Origin: Clostridia bacterium
GTDB taxonomy: Bacteria; Bacillota; Clostridia; UMGS1810
Direction: 5' to 3'
DNA length: 54,502 bases
NCBI GenBank assembly: GCA_045614005.1
Contig: JAZLCB010000164.1
Span: 1 to 54,502, forward strand
A program made the translations under genes and the position numbers. Numbering within the stretch: position 1 is the stretch's first letter; the number at the start of each line of letters is the position of its first letter. Below are positions 19,679 through 29,977 of this stretch, piece by piece. Under the pieces are notes generated by a model. The model worked only from the letters and a program-made list of their open reading frames with translations. It made no database searches and was not told where the DNA came from.

Positions 19679-20068
19679 ATGGATGTAGTTAAGGTGAAAG
19701 ACCGTGAGGAACTTCAGGTCATTCTTGACGCTTATGATGAAGTTGACGAGTTCGACTACGAAGAATGTGAAATCACGGGTACAGAATCAACCGGTGACGA
19801 TAAGATAGTGACATGGGGCAAGCCCTATTTTATTGAAGACCTCGGACTGCTTGTAATCGAGGGTGAATACTGTAATCACGAAACAGTCAACGATGAAGAT
19901 GAGTTCGTCCCCGATTGGTCATTAACTTTGATTTACAAGTGGAATGCAGATAAAACTACATTCGGTCAGGATGATGTGATGGGTTATGAGTATTTCGAGC
20001 AAGACCCTCCGATAGTTGCTTTGCACAACTATCTATGGGCAGTCCACTGCGCTTCTGAAAATAACTAA
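19679..20068 (+). CDS. acidic hypothetical protein
   Basis: 129-aa ORF with GGAGGG upstream. Confidence 0.55.
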   Translation: MDVVKVKDREELQVILDAYDEVDEFDYEECEITGTESTGDDKIVTWGKPYFIEDLGLLVIEGEYCNHETVNDEDEFVPDWSLTLIYKWNADKTTFGQDDVMGYEYFEQDPPIVALHNYLWAVHCASENN

Positions 20069-20119
20069 AACCTTTAATATCAGTAACCGAATAGCTGTGA
20101 TAATTTCGGTCTTACCTCC

Positions 20120-20161
20120 GATAACCCCTACCGTTTCCGCCCCGTTATGGTAGGGGTTATC
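20120..20161 (+). terminator. strong hairpin, likely transcription terminator
   Basis: 13-bp perfect stem GATAACCCCTACC/GGTAGGGGTTATC with a 16-nt loop. Only a short T tract follows. Confidence 0.5.
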
Positions 20162-20165
20162 TTAT

Positions 20166-20180
20166 AACCTTATTTATAAG
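20166..20180 (+). promoter_or_regulatory. class-2 promoter-like motif AACCTTATTTATAAG
   Basis: Intergenic, 33 nt upstream of ATG 20213. Confidence 0.3.
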
Positions 20181-20212
20181 TATTAATATACTTTTCTATA
20201 AGGACAGTTGAT

Positions 20213-20446
20213 ATGGATACACCGTATATTTTGGAAGTCCCTAATGCACATACCACAATTTCTCCCGGGAATAAAATCAGGCTTGGACGATTTGATGCCC
20301 GCGTATGGACTGTCTGTTTCGGATGGTATTCTTTTGGTGGCAATCGTGCTGTATGTGGATGGTACCTTGAAGCTGACGATACCCAAGAAGTAAAACCTAT
20401 CTTCAAAATTGACCTTGATGATATCTATGTCATCACGGTAGGTTAA
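20213..20446 (+). CDS. hypothetical protein
   Basis: 77-aa ORF on the genome-wide coding strand with an AAGGA RBS. Preferred over the overlapping minus-strand ORFs. Confidence 0.45.
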   Translation: MDTPYILEVPNAHTTISPGNKIRLGRFDARVWTVCFGWYSFGGNRAVCGWYLEADDTQEVKPIFKIDLDDIYVITVG

Positions 20447-20577
20447 TGAGTAAAATCTACAAACTCTACCCATTCCCCGAACACGAAGACGATACCATCG
20501 AGCTTTTACAGTGTTGTTTTTATATTACCCTTGTGGCAGTTATAACTTATTACTTGTGGAGGTATATCTATGAATGA
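20446..20577 (+). CDS. possible 43-aa membrane peptide
   Basis: TAATG coupling. C-terminal hydrophobic CCFYITLVAVITYYLW. Below the track's length cutoff. Confidence 0.25.
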   Translation: MSKIYKLYPFPEHEDDTIELLQCCFYITLVAVITYYLWRYIYE

Positions 20578-20662
20578 TTATGATGTAGTCCCGAACCAAA
20601 TTTCGATTGATGACCTCCCCGACCCCGAACAGATGACTTTGGATGATTTAGCCGATGTCTAA
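20570..20662 (+). CDS. possible 30-aa acidic peptide
   Basis: GGAGGT lies 7 nt upstream of ATG 20570. MNDYDVVPNQISIDDLPDPEQMTLDDLADV. Confidence 0.3.
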   Translation: MNDYDVVPNQISIDDLPDPEQMTLDDLADV

Positions 20663-20675
20663 ACCTTTTATATAG
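20662..20675 (+). promoter_or_regulatory. class-2 promoter-like motif AACCTTTTATATAG
   Basis: Upstream of the holin-like gene. The leader ends in CTTATAGGAGG. Confidence 0.35.
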
Positions 20676-20703
20676 ATACTATAACTTATAGGAGGAAAAG
20701 ACT

Positions 20704-20973
20704 ATGAAGTTCTTACCCGATTCAGTTTATCAGGTGCTTAAATGGTTAGTAGTTATTGTAATTCCTGCGGCCGCCACGCTGTATGTCGGTTTAGCACTCG
20801 TTTGGGGTTGGCCTTACGCTGATGAAATCGCAAAGACCGCTTCCCTTATTTGTGCGTTTATCGGTGCTATTATCGGTGTTTCGCAGATTGGTTACAACAA
20901 GTCGCTCAAAGCAACCGCAACAGCGACCGCTACCGAAGAAAAAGATGTTAAAGAGGAAAAGGCAGAGGGCTAA
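20704..20973 (+). CDS. holin-like protein (Dp-1-type pattern)
   Basis: 89 aa with two TM segments (LKWLVVIVIPAAATLYVGLALVW and LICAFIGAIIGVSQIGY) and a charged C-terminal tail. Confidence 0.5.
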   Translation: MKFLPDSVYQVLKWLVVIVIPAAATLYVGLALVWGWPYADEIAKTASLICAFIGAIIGVSQIGYNKSLKATATATATEEKDVKEEKAEG

Positions 20974-21037
20974 TAACCTTGTATATTAGTACAAGGTGCG
21001 TCTTCTAACATCACCACATCCAAACATGCGCACCAAG

Positions 21038-21076
21038 CAACCCCATGGGCAGTCAAGTCTATGGGGTTGTTTTTAT
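21038..21076 (+). terminator. Rho-independent terminator
   Basis: Stem CAACCCCAT/ATGGGGTTG (21038-21046 pairs with 21061-21069), followed by TTTTTATTT. Confidence 0.6.
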
Positions 21077-21081
21077 TTGGT

Positions 21082-21095
21082 AATCGTTATTATAT
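21082..21095 (+). promoter_or_regulatory. class-1 promoter-like motif AATCGTTATTATAT
   Basis: Exact consensus. AGGAGG follows within 5 nt. Confidence 0.5.
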
Positions 21096-21110
21096 GCAGG
21101 AGGTATTAGC

Positions 21111-21251
21111 ATGACTAACGATATTAAATTGACTTATATCCGTAGGCGTAAAGTGTCTTGGTGTTCTATTAAATACGAAATCGTACCATTCAAGCAGTTA
21201 ATCCAAGAACATTATCGGGAACGGGCTATCCGAGAACTGCTGTCAGTCTAA
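21111..21251 (+). CDS. small basic protein (46 aa)
   Basis: AGGAGG lies 7 nt upstream. Below the track's length cutoff. Confidence 0.4.
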   Translation: MTNDIKLTYIRRRKVSWCSIKYEIVPFKQLIQEHYRERAIRELLSV

Positions 21252-21273
21252 AAATAAAACGGAGGTGCGCAAA

Positions 21274-21618
21274 ATGAAAACAAGATTAATCGATGTAAAT
21301 CAGCTCAAAAATGTTCTCGCTTTAACATCATCTACTACTGAAGAATCCGCCAAGGCGTTTAAGGATGCCATGCGGATTGCTTTAGAACAGCCACTTGTTG
21401 CTTATGCAGACCCTTCGGAACTTCTTGTAAAAGATAGTGGCTATCCGGTAAACTCAGTAGTAATCCCTTCCGGCACGATTCATGCTGATTTTTCAAATAC
21501 TCCAAGTCACACAATTATAGCCCTTCAGTGCAAATCATGTGGAGGGATAGTAGATAGGGATACCTTAACTTGTAGGCATTGTGGGATGACCCATATGTTA
21601 TTGACAAACTCAAATTAA
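21274..21618 (+). CDS. protein with C-terminal zinc ribbon
   Basis: ATG 21274 follows GGAGGTG. CKSCGG...CRHCG. Confidence 0.5.
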   Translation: MKTRLIDVNQLKNVLALTSSTTEESAKAFKDAMRIALEQPLVAYADPSELLVKDSGYPVNSVVIPSGTIHADFSNTPSHTIIALQCKSCGGIVDRDTLTCRHCGMTHMLLTNSN

Positions 21619-21633
21619 TAGCGGAGGTAGTGC

Positions 21634-21900
21634 ATGGATAAAGCCCTTATATTCGGTATCGTTTGTTGCGGAATTACGATAGCTGTAGCTATAACTGCGG
21701 TTTTTATAATTAGACACCTGCTTGCAAAAATAACGATTTTACAGTTAGATGTGAATAAATATCGTAACTATGTTCGCTATCAGCAGAAGACTATTGATGG
21801 TCTTCGTGAGCATAATGGTAATCTCTATGATGAGAACGCTACACTCAAAAACAACATGGCTACCTTGAATAACATCCCGGACTTCAGCAAAAAGTGGTAA
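21634..21900 (+). CDS. N-terminally membrane-anchored coiled-coil protein
   Basis: TM segment LIFGIVCCGITIAVAITAVFII followed by a polar helical region. GGAGG upstream. Confidence 0.5.
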   Translation: MDKALIFGIVCCGITIAVAITAVFIIRHLLAKITILQLDVNKYRNYVRYQQKTIDGLREHNGNLYDENATLKNNMATLNNIPDFSKKW

Positions 21901-21917
21901 TGTAAGCATAGGTTCTA

Positions 21918-21932
21918 AACCTTTTATATTTA
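21918..21932 (+). promoter_or_regulatory. class-2 promoter-like motif AACCTTTTATATTTA
   Basis: Intergenic, 26 nt upstream of the fibre gene start. Confidence 0.35.
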
Positions 21933-21957
21933 ATATAAATATGGAAGGTGGAAACCT

Positions 21958-24306
21958 ATGGCTACAATTCCTAGAACATATCAGATTACTTCTAGTGATA
22001 ACCTCGATAATGTCGATAAGATAAATGGTCAGGTTATCGCACTTTGGGATACCGATGCTGTTTACTATGACGCGCCTGAGGACGGCTCGGCATCAGGGAA
22101 TCCCGTTCGTAGAAAGATGTCCGGGGTAGAGGTAATTCATTCGCTCGTCCCGTTCATTGAACGCGCCGGCGGAAATCCGGATGACCCCTACTATAAGGCT
22201 ATCGTTCCTATGAACGATATCATCTATGTTTATATTCCTACGAATCAGTCTGAGCAAACAATTTTGCCGAGTTCCGACCCCGCACAGCCTTTATATGATT
22301 TAAGAGTATGGATAGGCGATGCCACTACGGGTAATTGGGAAATCGTAGGCACTAACAGAGATGACATCAATGTTAAGACGGAGTTGGCTAGCATAGGTGA
22401 TAAGTTCTATCTTACCGGAGCTGTTAGCGATGGCGATGATATCAGCACACTCCTGAAATTCCCTTCCGTTTACGCTAGTATTGTCGAGGGCAGTGGCAGT
22501 ACCATAAAGAGTAAGATTCATGCTGATATTTTTGAGGGTTCCATCGAAAACGCTACGCATGCTGAAGAAGCGGATATCGCTACTAATGCGATTAATGATA
22601 AGAATGGCGAAGACCTTACGGGATATATCTTCACCGTGGGGAGCGAGGATGTTCCTGCACCTAATTCCGGAACGCGTCTTTTATTTAAGGATGGTACCGG
22701 TACAACTAAAATTACCATCGATACAAAAGATACTACCTATAAGGTATTCACCACAGATGCTAATAAGCCCGGACTTGTAAATGGTATTGGTACAACGGTC
22801 GGCACGGATAGTACGAATCTTCTGCTGTCCGGTAGTGGTTGGATTAACAAGTCTGATATCACGATGCCTAGTGCTGAGAGTGCTATTAGGGATGGTAGAA
22901 ATCAGGTTATCACCGATACTTATATTGCGGGTGCTTCATACAATACCACTACGCATGACTTGATTCTTACCGATGGTAGGAATCCGGCTCAGGCGAAGGT
23001 GACTGTAAACATCCCGGATACTACATACAATGATTTCAGTGTAGGTAACCATGGTCTTGTACCTGCTCCTACTTCAGCCGATAGCCTGAAGTTTTTAAGG
23101 GGTGACGCTCATTGGGAATCCCTCCCGGTGTTTGCGGGTTCTGATGCAGGCTTAGTTCCTACGGCTAACCCTGCCACCGATGCAGGCAAGTACCTTAAAG
23201 GCGACGGCACTTGGGGTGGCGTTTTTGCAGGCAGTGGTACTCCCGGTGGTTTAGTTCCGGCAGTTGGTTCAGGCGATGTTGATAAGTATCTTAAAAGCGA
23301 TGGTACTTGGGCTGACAGTGATGGTGCATATAAGACCGGTTCTAGTCAGGACACATCCAAGTTGTTTGTTGTAGGCGCTAAATCTCAAACAGCCGGAACA
23401 AACGGCATCCAAACTTATTCAAACTCAAATGTATATATCAATGGTGGCAAGCTGTATCAGAACAGCGACCTTACATCAAGGGATACATTTATTGGAGACG
23501 GCATACTCACGACATTCCCGCTTGCAGTAGCCGGTGCGACCGCTATTACTGAGGTATCTATAAATGGTACGGTTGTATCCTCAGGTTACAGCCTCGATAC
23601 CGGTACGAACAGCATTGTGTTCACAACAGCTCCGGCAGACGCGGATGAAATCGAAGTAACCTACGCTATCCCTTATTCTGCGGTTCAGGTTGTCGATGTG
23701 GCTTCTTCTCAGGAAATCACTAATAAGAAGTTCATTATCGAAGGTGATGCTTATGCTCTTGGGACTGCATGCTCACACCATGCTTCATCCGCGATGTATC
23801 CTCAGGTATCTGAGAATTTTACGGGTGATGGTACAAGAACCACATTTGCTTTAGCTCATGAAGTAATTGAGATGGTCAGTGTTACGGTCAACGAGATTGA
23901 GTTACCTGAAACTGATTACACGGTTGATACCACTCAGGAACCTAACACAGTTCAGTTCAATACCGCTCCGGCGCTTGATGATGATATTGTCATCGATTAT
24001 ACGGTCTATTATGCGGACAATATTCCTACATGCGACGCGGTATCGAGCTTTGTTACTAACCAAATCGATGCTATCGCCAATATTGCAGAAGATAAGATTG
24101 ATAACTCGGTATTGGCTCCCGCTTATGATGAAACATCACACTATGTCGTAGGTAACTTCTGTATGTACCAAAATACGGGCGATGACTATGTTAAGCTGTA
24201 TCTTTGCACAACGAATACTCTAAATCCCGCGGGTAACTTTGATAGTGGCTGTTGGACAGCAAAGACAATCATAGAAGCGATTCAATATCTTATTAATCCT
24301 AGCTAA
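21958..24306 (+). CDS. tail fibre / tail-associated structural protein
   Basis: Three KFLRGDAHWES / KYLKGDGTWG / KYLKSDGTWAD motifs typical of phage fibre repeats. Two GDG-x-TTF...YT(V/L)DT modules. Confidence 0.7.
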   Translation: MATIPRTYQITSSDNLDNVDKINGQVIALWDTDAVYYDAPEDGSASGNPVRRKMSGVEVIHSLVPFIERAGGNPDDPYYKAIVPMNDIIYVYIPTNQSEQTILPSSDPAQPLYDLRVWIGDATTGNWEIVGTNRDDINVKTELASIGDKFYLTGAVSDGDDISTLLKFPSVYASIVEGSGSTIKSKIHADIFEGSIENATHAEEADIATNAINDKNGEDLTGYIFTVGSEDVPAPNSGTRLLFKDGTGTTKITIDTKDTTYKVFTTDANKPGLVNGIGTTVGTDSTNLLLSGSGWINKSDITMPSAESAIRDGRNQVITDTYIAGASYNTTTHDLILTDGRNPAQAKVTVNIPDTTYNDFSVGNHGLVPAPTSADSLKFLRGDAHWESLPVFAGSDAGLVPTANPATDAGKYLKGDGTWGGVFAGSGTPGGLVPAVGSGDVDKYLKSDGTWADSDGAYKTGSSQDTSKLFVVGAKSQTAGTNGIQTYSNSNVYINGGKLYQNSDLTSRDTFIGDGILTTFPLAVAGATAITEVSINGTVVSSGYSLDTGTNSIVFTTAPADADEIEVTYAIPYSAVQVVDVASSQEITNKKFIIEGDAYALGTACSHHASSAMYPQVSENFTGDGTRTTFALAHEVIEMVSVTVNEIELPETDYTVDTTQEPNTVQFNTAPALDDDIVIDYTVYYADNIPTCDAVSSFVTNQIDAIANIAEDKIDNSVLAPAYDETSHYVVGNFCMYQNTGDDYVKLYLCTTNTLNPAGNFDSGCWTAKTIIEAIQYLINPS

Positions 24307-24319
24307 GGAGAATTTATAA

Positions 24320-26554
24320 ATGGCACAAGAAATTTATAATGAAGGCAGAGTTGTAGGATTATCCGCATGGGAACTCTTTAAGCGTCAGGCATTAGCCTCC
24401 GGCGTTCCGGAAAACGAAGTACCTAACGAGCATCAGTGGATTACAAGTATGGTAGGTGCCGGGTCTTCTATGATTCTGAAGATTTTGGCTGATGACCCTA
24501 CATTATCCACGCGCGGTATTCATGACTTCGAGCTTCCTAGTACATCAAATCTTTCGGCTTCCGGCGTAATAATCGCTAGCCCGTTTATTGGCGAATGTAC
24601 TTGGAGTTCTTCCAATTGGGCAGAGAAGGTTTCATCCTACGGTCCTCTTATCCGTAATGACGAAGAAGCCTCTCCGACATCCTCCGAAGTCCCTTCACTG
24701 AATCACTATTCAGATGAACTTAAAGACTGCGTTGCTGAGTACATGAAGATTACTGATGGCATCGTTTACACTAAACGAGCTACATGGATTCCTCGTTCAG
24801 TTGAAGATTTCCATGTATATACCGGTGATGGTACAAAGACAACATTTGAGTTTGGTACGGAGGAATATCCCGAGCATGTTCTTGAAGTAACCGCTGTCTC
24901 CATTAATGGTGAGGATATTCCATCAACTGCCTATACTGTAGATACAACAAGTATTCCTAATACGATTACTCTCACACAGCAGGTACCTCAGGTTGACGAT
25001 ATCATCCGTGTTGAATATACCCGTGTTGCAAGCGGTGACCCTCAGGAAGATATTAATCCTAACTATAATCAGTCTTCTACTGTAGTAAGGCTGTATATTG
25101 AAGCTGACTTACAGCATGACTTATACATCATGTTCACCGGATTCACCAACAAACGCATATTGCAGGGTGTTTCCGGTTATGCGCGTTATGGTGATGATGG
25201 CTACAGCATCGGAGGTTCTACTGATACTCGTACAAACCCTGATACGGGCAACGCTATCAACAATTGGGAGAACGGCGGTATGCTTGGTCCTGAGATTACT
25301 CCTTGGGCAAGCAAAATTATATTCAGCGTTCCGAGTTACGCTTACAGCATCGCTACATCATTAACAAGAACAATTCCCTTGGACATTCACGGTGACCTGC
25401 CGAGCTATTCCATCCCGTCTGCCGGACTGAATTTTGGTAATATTATCATCAAGCAGAACTCCATCGGCACGGCAGTAAAACCGGATTCGTTTATTGATTT
25501 CAATTCCATCAATCTGATGGACTACTACAATAACCACTCATTTGTTCCGGAAGCACCGAACCCGGTATTGCAGGAAAATGTGGCAGATGATTTCAGGCTT
25601 GGCGCTCACGATAGCTACAATGAAATTGTGGCGTGGTATCCGGGCATGGACGCTACGCGTATTCAGGGTGAGCTTGATAGGGCTACTCCTAGTAACGCTA
25701 ACTTCTTCCCTCCGGCAATCTACGCTTCTCAGGTTACCTCAGCCGGTAATCAGTCGCTCGTTCCGTTGGATGTAGCGGCCCCGGGCACGGTTAAGGGATT
25801 CACGGACGCTACTCAGGCATATAACTATAAGCAGTTGATGATGAACAATTTCGCGTTCTATCACAATACTGAGAACAACACAGTCTCATATGTAGTTCCG
25901 AATGAGCCTGATTCCACTAAATGGTTAGGTCTTGCCAAGTTAGAGTATCTTGCTAATAATGCACCGAAGACACAGCTTACTGTAGGCCCTCAGGTTGCAC
26001 AGTATATCGCTATCTCCAAGCCTACAAGCACTCCGGGTAATGTTCAGCTTTATGACTTGACCGGTCAGACCGGCGAGGGTACGGTCAGAATCGGACCTAG
26101 CGGAAATCTGACTTGGGCTGACATGCTCACGGCATTGACCTCAGAAATCCCTATGGATATCTTAGGCGATAGACTTCATGCTCTTGGAGCCGAACTTAGT
26201 GGCAGTGACCCTACGGTTGGTGTAGGCGCGGGTAATACCGGCATCACTAAGATGGCTTCTCAGGAGTTCGATTTAACCGGTCAGTACCCCGTAGCGATTA
26301 CCACATCAAGAAACTCTGTCGATACTACTAACCTCATGACATTGAATCAGGGTACGGCACTTAAATCCGGTACTGAGTTCATCGAATTTAGCAACGGGTT
26401 AAGGTTGTATATTTCCAATACGCCGGATGGTCCTTCTACCGCAAATGTACCCGAAGGCTCCATCGGTATCGGTTGGGTTGAATCTTCTTCTGAAGAAGTT
26501 TACGAAGAACAGATTCCGGGAGAGCATGTCAGCGTACCGGCTATGGGAGGCTAA
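24320..26554 (+). CDS. tail fibre / tail-associated structural protein 2
   Basis: Shares the YTGDGTKTTFEF...INGEDIPSTAYTVDT...PNTI module with the upstream gene. 744 aa, Ser/Thr/Asn/Gly-rich. Confidence 0.6.
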   Translation: MAQEIYNEGRVVGLSAWELFKRQALASGVPENEVPNEHQWITSMVGAGSSMILKILADDPTLSTRGIHDFELPSTSNLSASGVIIASPFIGECTWSSSNWAEKVSSYGPLIRNDEEASPTSSEVPSLNHYSDELKDCVAEYMKITDGIVYTKRATWIPRSVEDFHVYTGDGTKTTFEFGTEEYPEHVLEVTAVSINGEDIPSTAYTVDTTSIPNTITLTQQVPQVDDIIRVEYTRVASGDPQEDINPNYNQSSTVVRLYIEADLQHDLYIMFTGFTNKRILQGVSGYARYGDDGYSIGGSTDTRTNPDTGNAINNWENGGMLGPEITPWASKIIFSVPSYAYSIATSLTRTIPLDIHGDLPSYSIPSAGLNFGNIIIKQNSIGTAVKPDSFIDFNSINLMDYYNNHSFVPEAPNPVLQENVADDFRLGAHDSYNEIVAWYPGMDATRIQGELDRATPSNANFFPPAIYASQVTSAGNQSLVPLDVAAPGTVKGFTDATQAYNYKQLMMNNFAFYHNTENNTVSYVVPNEPDSTKWLGLAKLEYLANNAPKTQLTVGPQVAQYIAISKPTSTPGNVQLYDLTGQTGEGTVRIGPSGNLTWADMLTALTSEIPMDILGDRLHALGAELSGSDPTVGVGAGNTGITKMASQEFDLTGQYPVAITTSRNSVDTTNLMTLNQGTALKSGTEFIEFSNGLRLYISNTPDGPSTANVPEGSIGIGWVESSSEEVYEEQIPGEHVSVPAMGG

Positions 26555-26558
26555 TTGA

Positions 26559-27836
26559 ATGGCATATGCATCAGGCTCCACAATTACATGCATAGTTCAT
26601 GGTGATTCATGCGCCTACTCCGGGGCTAGGCATGACCCAACAATAAAGCTGAAGTTTACTGCAACCATCAGCCGTGAAAACGGTGTGGTTAAGGCAAAGC
26701 TGTCTAGCATGAAATTTTGGGTAACCGGTCCGGGTGGATACGGCTATAAGCTGTCCGTTTATGCGAGGCTTACCACCGGTTCATCTACAAGTGCTACATG
26801 GACTAAGCTTGATAAAAGTACAGCGACAACAAATACCAAGTGGACGAGAAATCCTTCGGCTAAGACTATATCGTGTACGACTAATGCGACTACGGTATAT
26901 ATTCAAATCGGAGCATATTCCGCGGATAAGAAGAATTGCTATAAAGGCAGTACACAGCGAATTACAGCTTACGCTTTTTCAGCTCCGCCTCCGAACTATA
27001 CCATAACTTATAATGCTAATGGCGGTACGGATGCTCCGGAAGCTCAGGTCATTCCATTTGCTACGCCAACTACAACGCTATTAGGTGATGATACACATCC
27101 CATCTATCCGGTGGATGTTCAGTATTGGGATGACGGTCCGGCTCCTGACCATCAGCCTACCAAGAATGAAACCCCTCAACCTGAACGAGAGTTTTTATAT
27201 TGGAACACTAAGGCAGATGGTACGGGTACTGACTATGCTCGTAATGCCGAATACACGGCTACGGGTAATGTAACAATGTATGCCAAGTGGGGTAATGCTG
27301 AGTTCGAGTGCGATACCCCTACGGTACAGAACTACAATGTAACATTCGTACCTAACAATGGAGCATCTGATATCGTTAAAGCTTTTGGACGGTCTAGTGA
27401 GTATAATACCGACCCTTCAGGTTCCGGTACGACTTATATTCCGTATGAAATCAGCCACACGATGAGCGTTACAACGACACCATTGGATTTGTATCCGATA
27501 TACGGAAACGCTGTTCTGCTCGAAACCGACCTAGTTGTACCTCCGGATATAGTAAAACCCGGATATGCATTTGATTGTTGGTGTATGGATTCTACATTAC
27601 AGACCCCGTTGGTAATACCTGCCGGCGGTTATGTTTTGACGCAGGATATAACCTTATATGCTCGTTGGCTCCCGTTACCGGTCTATCAGAAAACCAACGG
27701 TGAGTGGAAAAGCATTGAGCCTCAGGTGTGGAAGTGCGTCACGGTCAATGGTGAAAAGCAGTGGCAGAGAATTGCACATGTGTTCCGGTGCGTAGAGGAA
27801 AACGGTGTTAAATATTGGAAAGACATAAGTACATAA
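26559..27836 (+). CDS. receptor-binding/adhesin-like protein with Listeria-Bacteroides (Flg_new) repeats
   Basis: YTITYNANGGTDAPE, FLYWNTKADGTGTDY...GNVTMYAKW and GYAFDCWCMD...DITLYARW match the repeat consensus (GY.F.GW...tLYAkW). Confidence 0.65.
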   Translation: MAYASGSTITCIVHGDSCAYSGARHDPTIKLKFTATISRENGVVKAKLSSMKFWVTGPGGYGYKLSVYARLTTGSSTSATWTKLDKSTATTNTKWTRNPSAKTISCTTNATTVYIQIGAYSADKKNCYKGSTQRITAYAFSAPPPNYTITYNANGGTDAPEAQVIPFATPTTTLLGDDTHPIYPVDVQYWDDGPAPDHQPTKNETPQPEREFLYWNTKADGTGTDYARNAEYTATGNVTMYAKWGNAEFECDTPTVQNYNVTFVPNNGASDIVKAFGRSSEYNTDPSGSGTTYIPYEISHTMSVTTTPLDLYPIYGNAVLLETDLVVPPDIVKPGYAFDCWCMDSTLQTPLVIPAGGYVLTQDITLYARWLPLPVYQKTNGEWKSIEPQVWKCVTVNGEKQWQRIAHVFRCVEENGVKYWKDIST

Positions 27837-27851
27837 TGAGGATTACCGCGT

Positions 27852-28334
27852 ATGAAGATATTTGCTAAATCGAAGCATAAATATGACGGCAGTGAGGAAT
27901 ATTACAACCGCTTGCCTAAGGCTTCACAAGTCAGGCGACTTGGTGATTACCTTGCCAAGAATAAGGATAAGAACTTGCGTCTTACCGGTGTTTACATGGT
28001 TAAGGAACCTCCGAATCAGTATCTTATCTATACTACGATTATGTATCAGATTGACCCGGAAGTTCGTAAGATGCTCAAACGCTATCAGAAGGAATTTCAG
28101 GGCAAGGAAGAAGATATTTATGAGATGAATATCTTAATCAATATCACTACCTACGAGCAGTATATCCGTATCTATTTCGTAACGCTTGATGAGTACGAGA
28201 CTAACTTGGGGTACATGCGCTTATCTCCTGAGGAACTTATGAGCCTACCTTATTGCAAGGATAAAATTCAGAAGTTCATCAAGACTAAGATTGAGAAGAA
28301 GTACGCTGACGAAGGATACGAAGTCTTAATATAA
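27852..28334 (+). CDS. hypothetical protein
   Basis: 160-aa ORF, GAGGA upstream. Confidence 0.55.
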   Translation: MKIFAKSKHKYDGSEEYYNRLPKASQVRRLGDYLAKNKDKNLRLTGVYMVKEPPNQYLIYTTIMYQIDPEVRKMLKRYQKEFQGKEEDIYEMNILINITTYEQYIRIYFVTLDEYETNLGYMRLSPEELMSLPYCKDKIQKFIKTKIEKKYADEGYEVLI

Positions 28335-28340
28335 AAAGAC

Positions 28341-28354
28341 AATCGTTATAATAA
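28341..28354 (+). promoter_or_regulatory. class-1-like motif AATCGTTATAATAA (contains TATAAT)
   Basis: Ends 2 nt before ATG 28357, with no SD between them. Confidence 0.4.
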
Positions 28355-28356
28355 GT

Positions 28357-28674
28357 ATGAAGCACGAAGACCGGACATTACATAATAATCCCTTCTACTG
28401 CCACTACAACGATGAGTGTTGGATACAGCTTGCTAAGAGCATTATCAGTGAGACGGCGGAATCATATGCAAACCAATTCCCTAAGTTCTGCCGTACTCAG
28501 ATGGAGTTTGAGGAACTTGACCGGAAGTCATATGCACCTATCCGTAAGGGTATTCTTACCAAGTTGTTCAACGGTCCTGTCAGGGTACTGTTAGACCGGG
28601 AAGCCGTTACCGACGCGTTTAACCGAAGATGGATGGAAGAAATACGGGATTTCAATAGAAATAACCTTATTTAA
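28357..28674 (+). CDS. hypothetical protein (possibly leaderless)
   Basis: 105-aa ORF. No RBS, and the promoter-like box abuts the ATG. Confidence 0.45.
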   Translation: MKHEDRTLHNNPFYCHYNDECWIQLAKSIISETAESYANQFPKFCRTQMEFEELDRKSYAPIRKGILTKLFNGPVRVLLDREAVTDAFNRRWMEEIRDFNRNNLI

Positions 28675-28675
28675 G
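28663..28675 (+). promoter_or_regulatory. class-2 promoter-like motif AACCTTATTTAAG
   Basis: Overlaps the upstream stop. The leader ends in CTTATAGGAGG before ATG 28711. Confidence 0.3.
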
Positions 28676-28710
28676 AATAGGATGTTTTTATTACTTATAG
28701 GAGGAACCAC

Positions 28711-29964
28711 ATGAAGATTACATTGAACGCTTCAACTAGCGGAAAGATACCCTATCAGTTAGTCAGCATGGCCGCTATCCTCCGGGATTACATTGACCCG
28801 GAGTACGCAAATCAGGAGCATAGATACCTTACCGGTATTGCTGACTATCTGTATAACGCTACCATCAGCCGTAACCCGGATAAGGAGAGTGAAAATCTTC
28901 TCCCTGAGTACAAGGCAGTTTACGATAAGTATGGTCGTGACTACTTTGAGAAGGTTCTTGATGACATGTATGCCATCGATGGACAGCTTACGGGTAAAGG
29001 TAAAGAGCGTGAGCTTTTTGAAGACTATATGGATAGACTTCAGGGCATTACTGCTTCCAAGAGGATTAGAGCCTCTAGGAATCCTCAGCAGTTCGACTAC
29101 ATGCTTTTAGATAGGCTTAGGTCTGACTGTGATTATGTACTTAATGAATATGACCATCCTTTTGATGGTACGGTTCCGGCAGGACCTCATAAATTAGCTG
29201 AGCATCAGTTATGGGCTAAGAACTCAACCGACCAAATTGCTAAGATGCGCGAACTTTATGATGGACTTCAGGAGAAGCCTGAATGGCTTTCTTCCGAGGA
29301 TATCGATGAGTATGAAAGACGCTTCAAGGCAATTAAGTCCTCTAAGAAGATGCGCAGAAAGATTAAGGCTACGGAAGATTTCTCCTATAATCAGCACTTA
29401 GTCAAGATAGCCGGTAAAGATAAGCGCTATGTTCTCGATAATCTTAATAGCACGCATAAGACACTTGGTCGCTTTGGTGAACCCGGTGACCCCGGATACT
29501 ATGTATCTGAATTTGAGGATGCTTCCGGCGGATATCTTTGGGCAAGCGATAAGGGTATGAAAATCCTCGAAGACAGCGATGTTGATTACGAAGAAGTCAA
29601 GCCTGCTGTAGAGGGTTCCACTAAGATTAAGGCTTCTTATGCAGATGACCTTGACGCTGTAGATGGTGGTTCAGATGAGTATGACCCCGGCAACATTTAT
29701 GAGGTAGCAGTTAAGTTGCTTCCTGCTGAGGATATTGACCATCACTATTCTGACCTTTACATCAGAAAGACACCGGAATCTACGGCTATGCTCAAAAAGA
29801 TGAGATATAGAAATTCCGGACTGCTCACCACATTCAGAAGTCAGATTGATGGCGACATTTGGTATGAACTGCCGTTCTGCTATGGATTTGAACGCGCTAG
29901 GCAGGAACAGCAGAAAGCCGATGCTGACATGGCTGATTTCCTCAAAAACAGATACAACAAGTAA
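28711..29964 (+). CDS. hypothetical protein with internal [IR]-[KR]-[AS]-S motifs
   Basis: 417-aa ORF with AGGAGG upstream. Internal KRIRASRNPQQFDY, AIKSSKKMRR and TKIKASYADD. Confidence 0.6.
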   Translation: MKITLNASTSGKIPYQLVSMAAILRDYIDPEYANQEHRYLTGIADYLYNATISRNPDKESENLLPEYKAVYDKYGRDYFEKVLDDMYAIDGQLTGKGKERELFEDYMDRLQGITASKRIRASRNPQQFDYMLLDRLRSDCDYVLNEYDHPFDGTVPAGPHKLAEHQLWAKNSTDQIAKMRELYDGLQEKPEWLSSEDIDEYERRFKAIKSSKKMRRKIKATEDFSYNQHLVKIAGKDKRYVLDNLNSTHKTLGRFGEPGDPGYYVSEFEDASGGYLWASDKGMKILEDSDVDYEEVKPAVEGSTKIKASYADDLDAVDGGSDEYDPGNIYEVAVKLLPAEDIDHHYSDLYIRKTPESTAMLKKMRYRNSGLLTTFRSQIDGDIWYELPFCYGFERARQEQQKADADMADFLKNRYNK

Positions 29965-29977
29965 AGGAGATAATGAT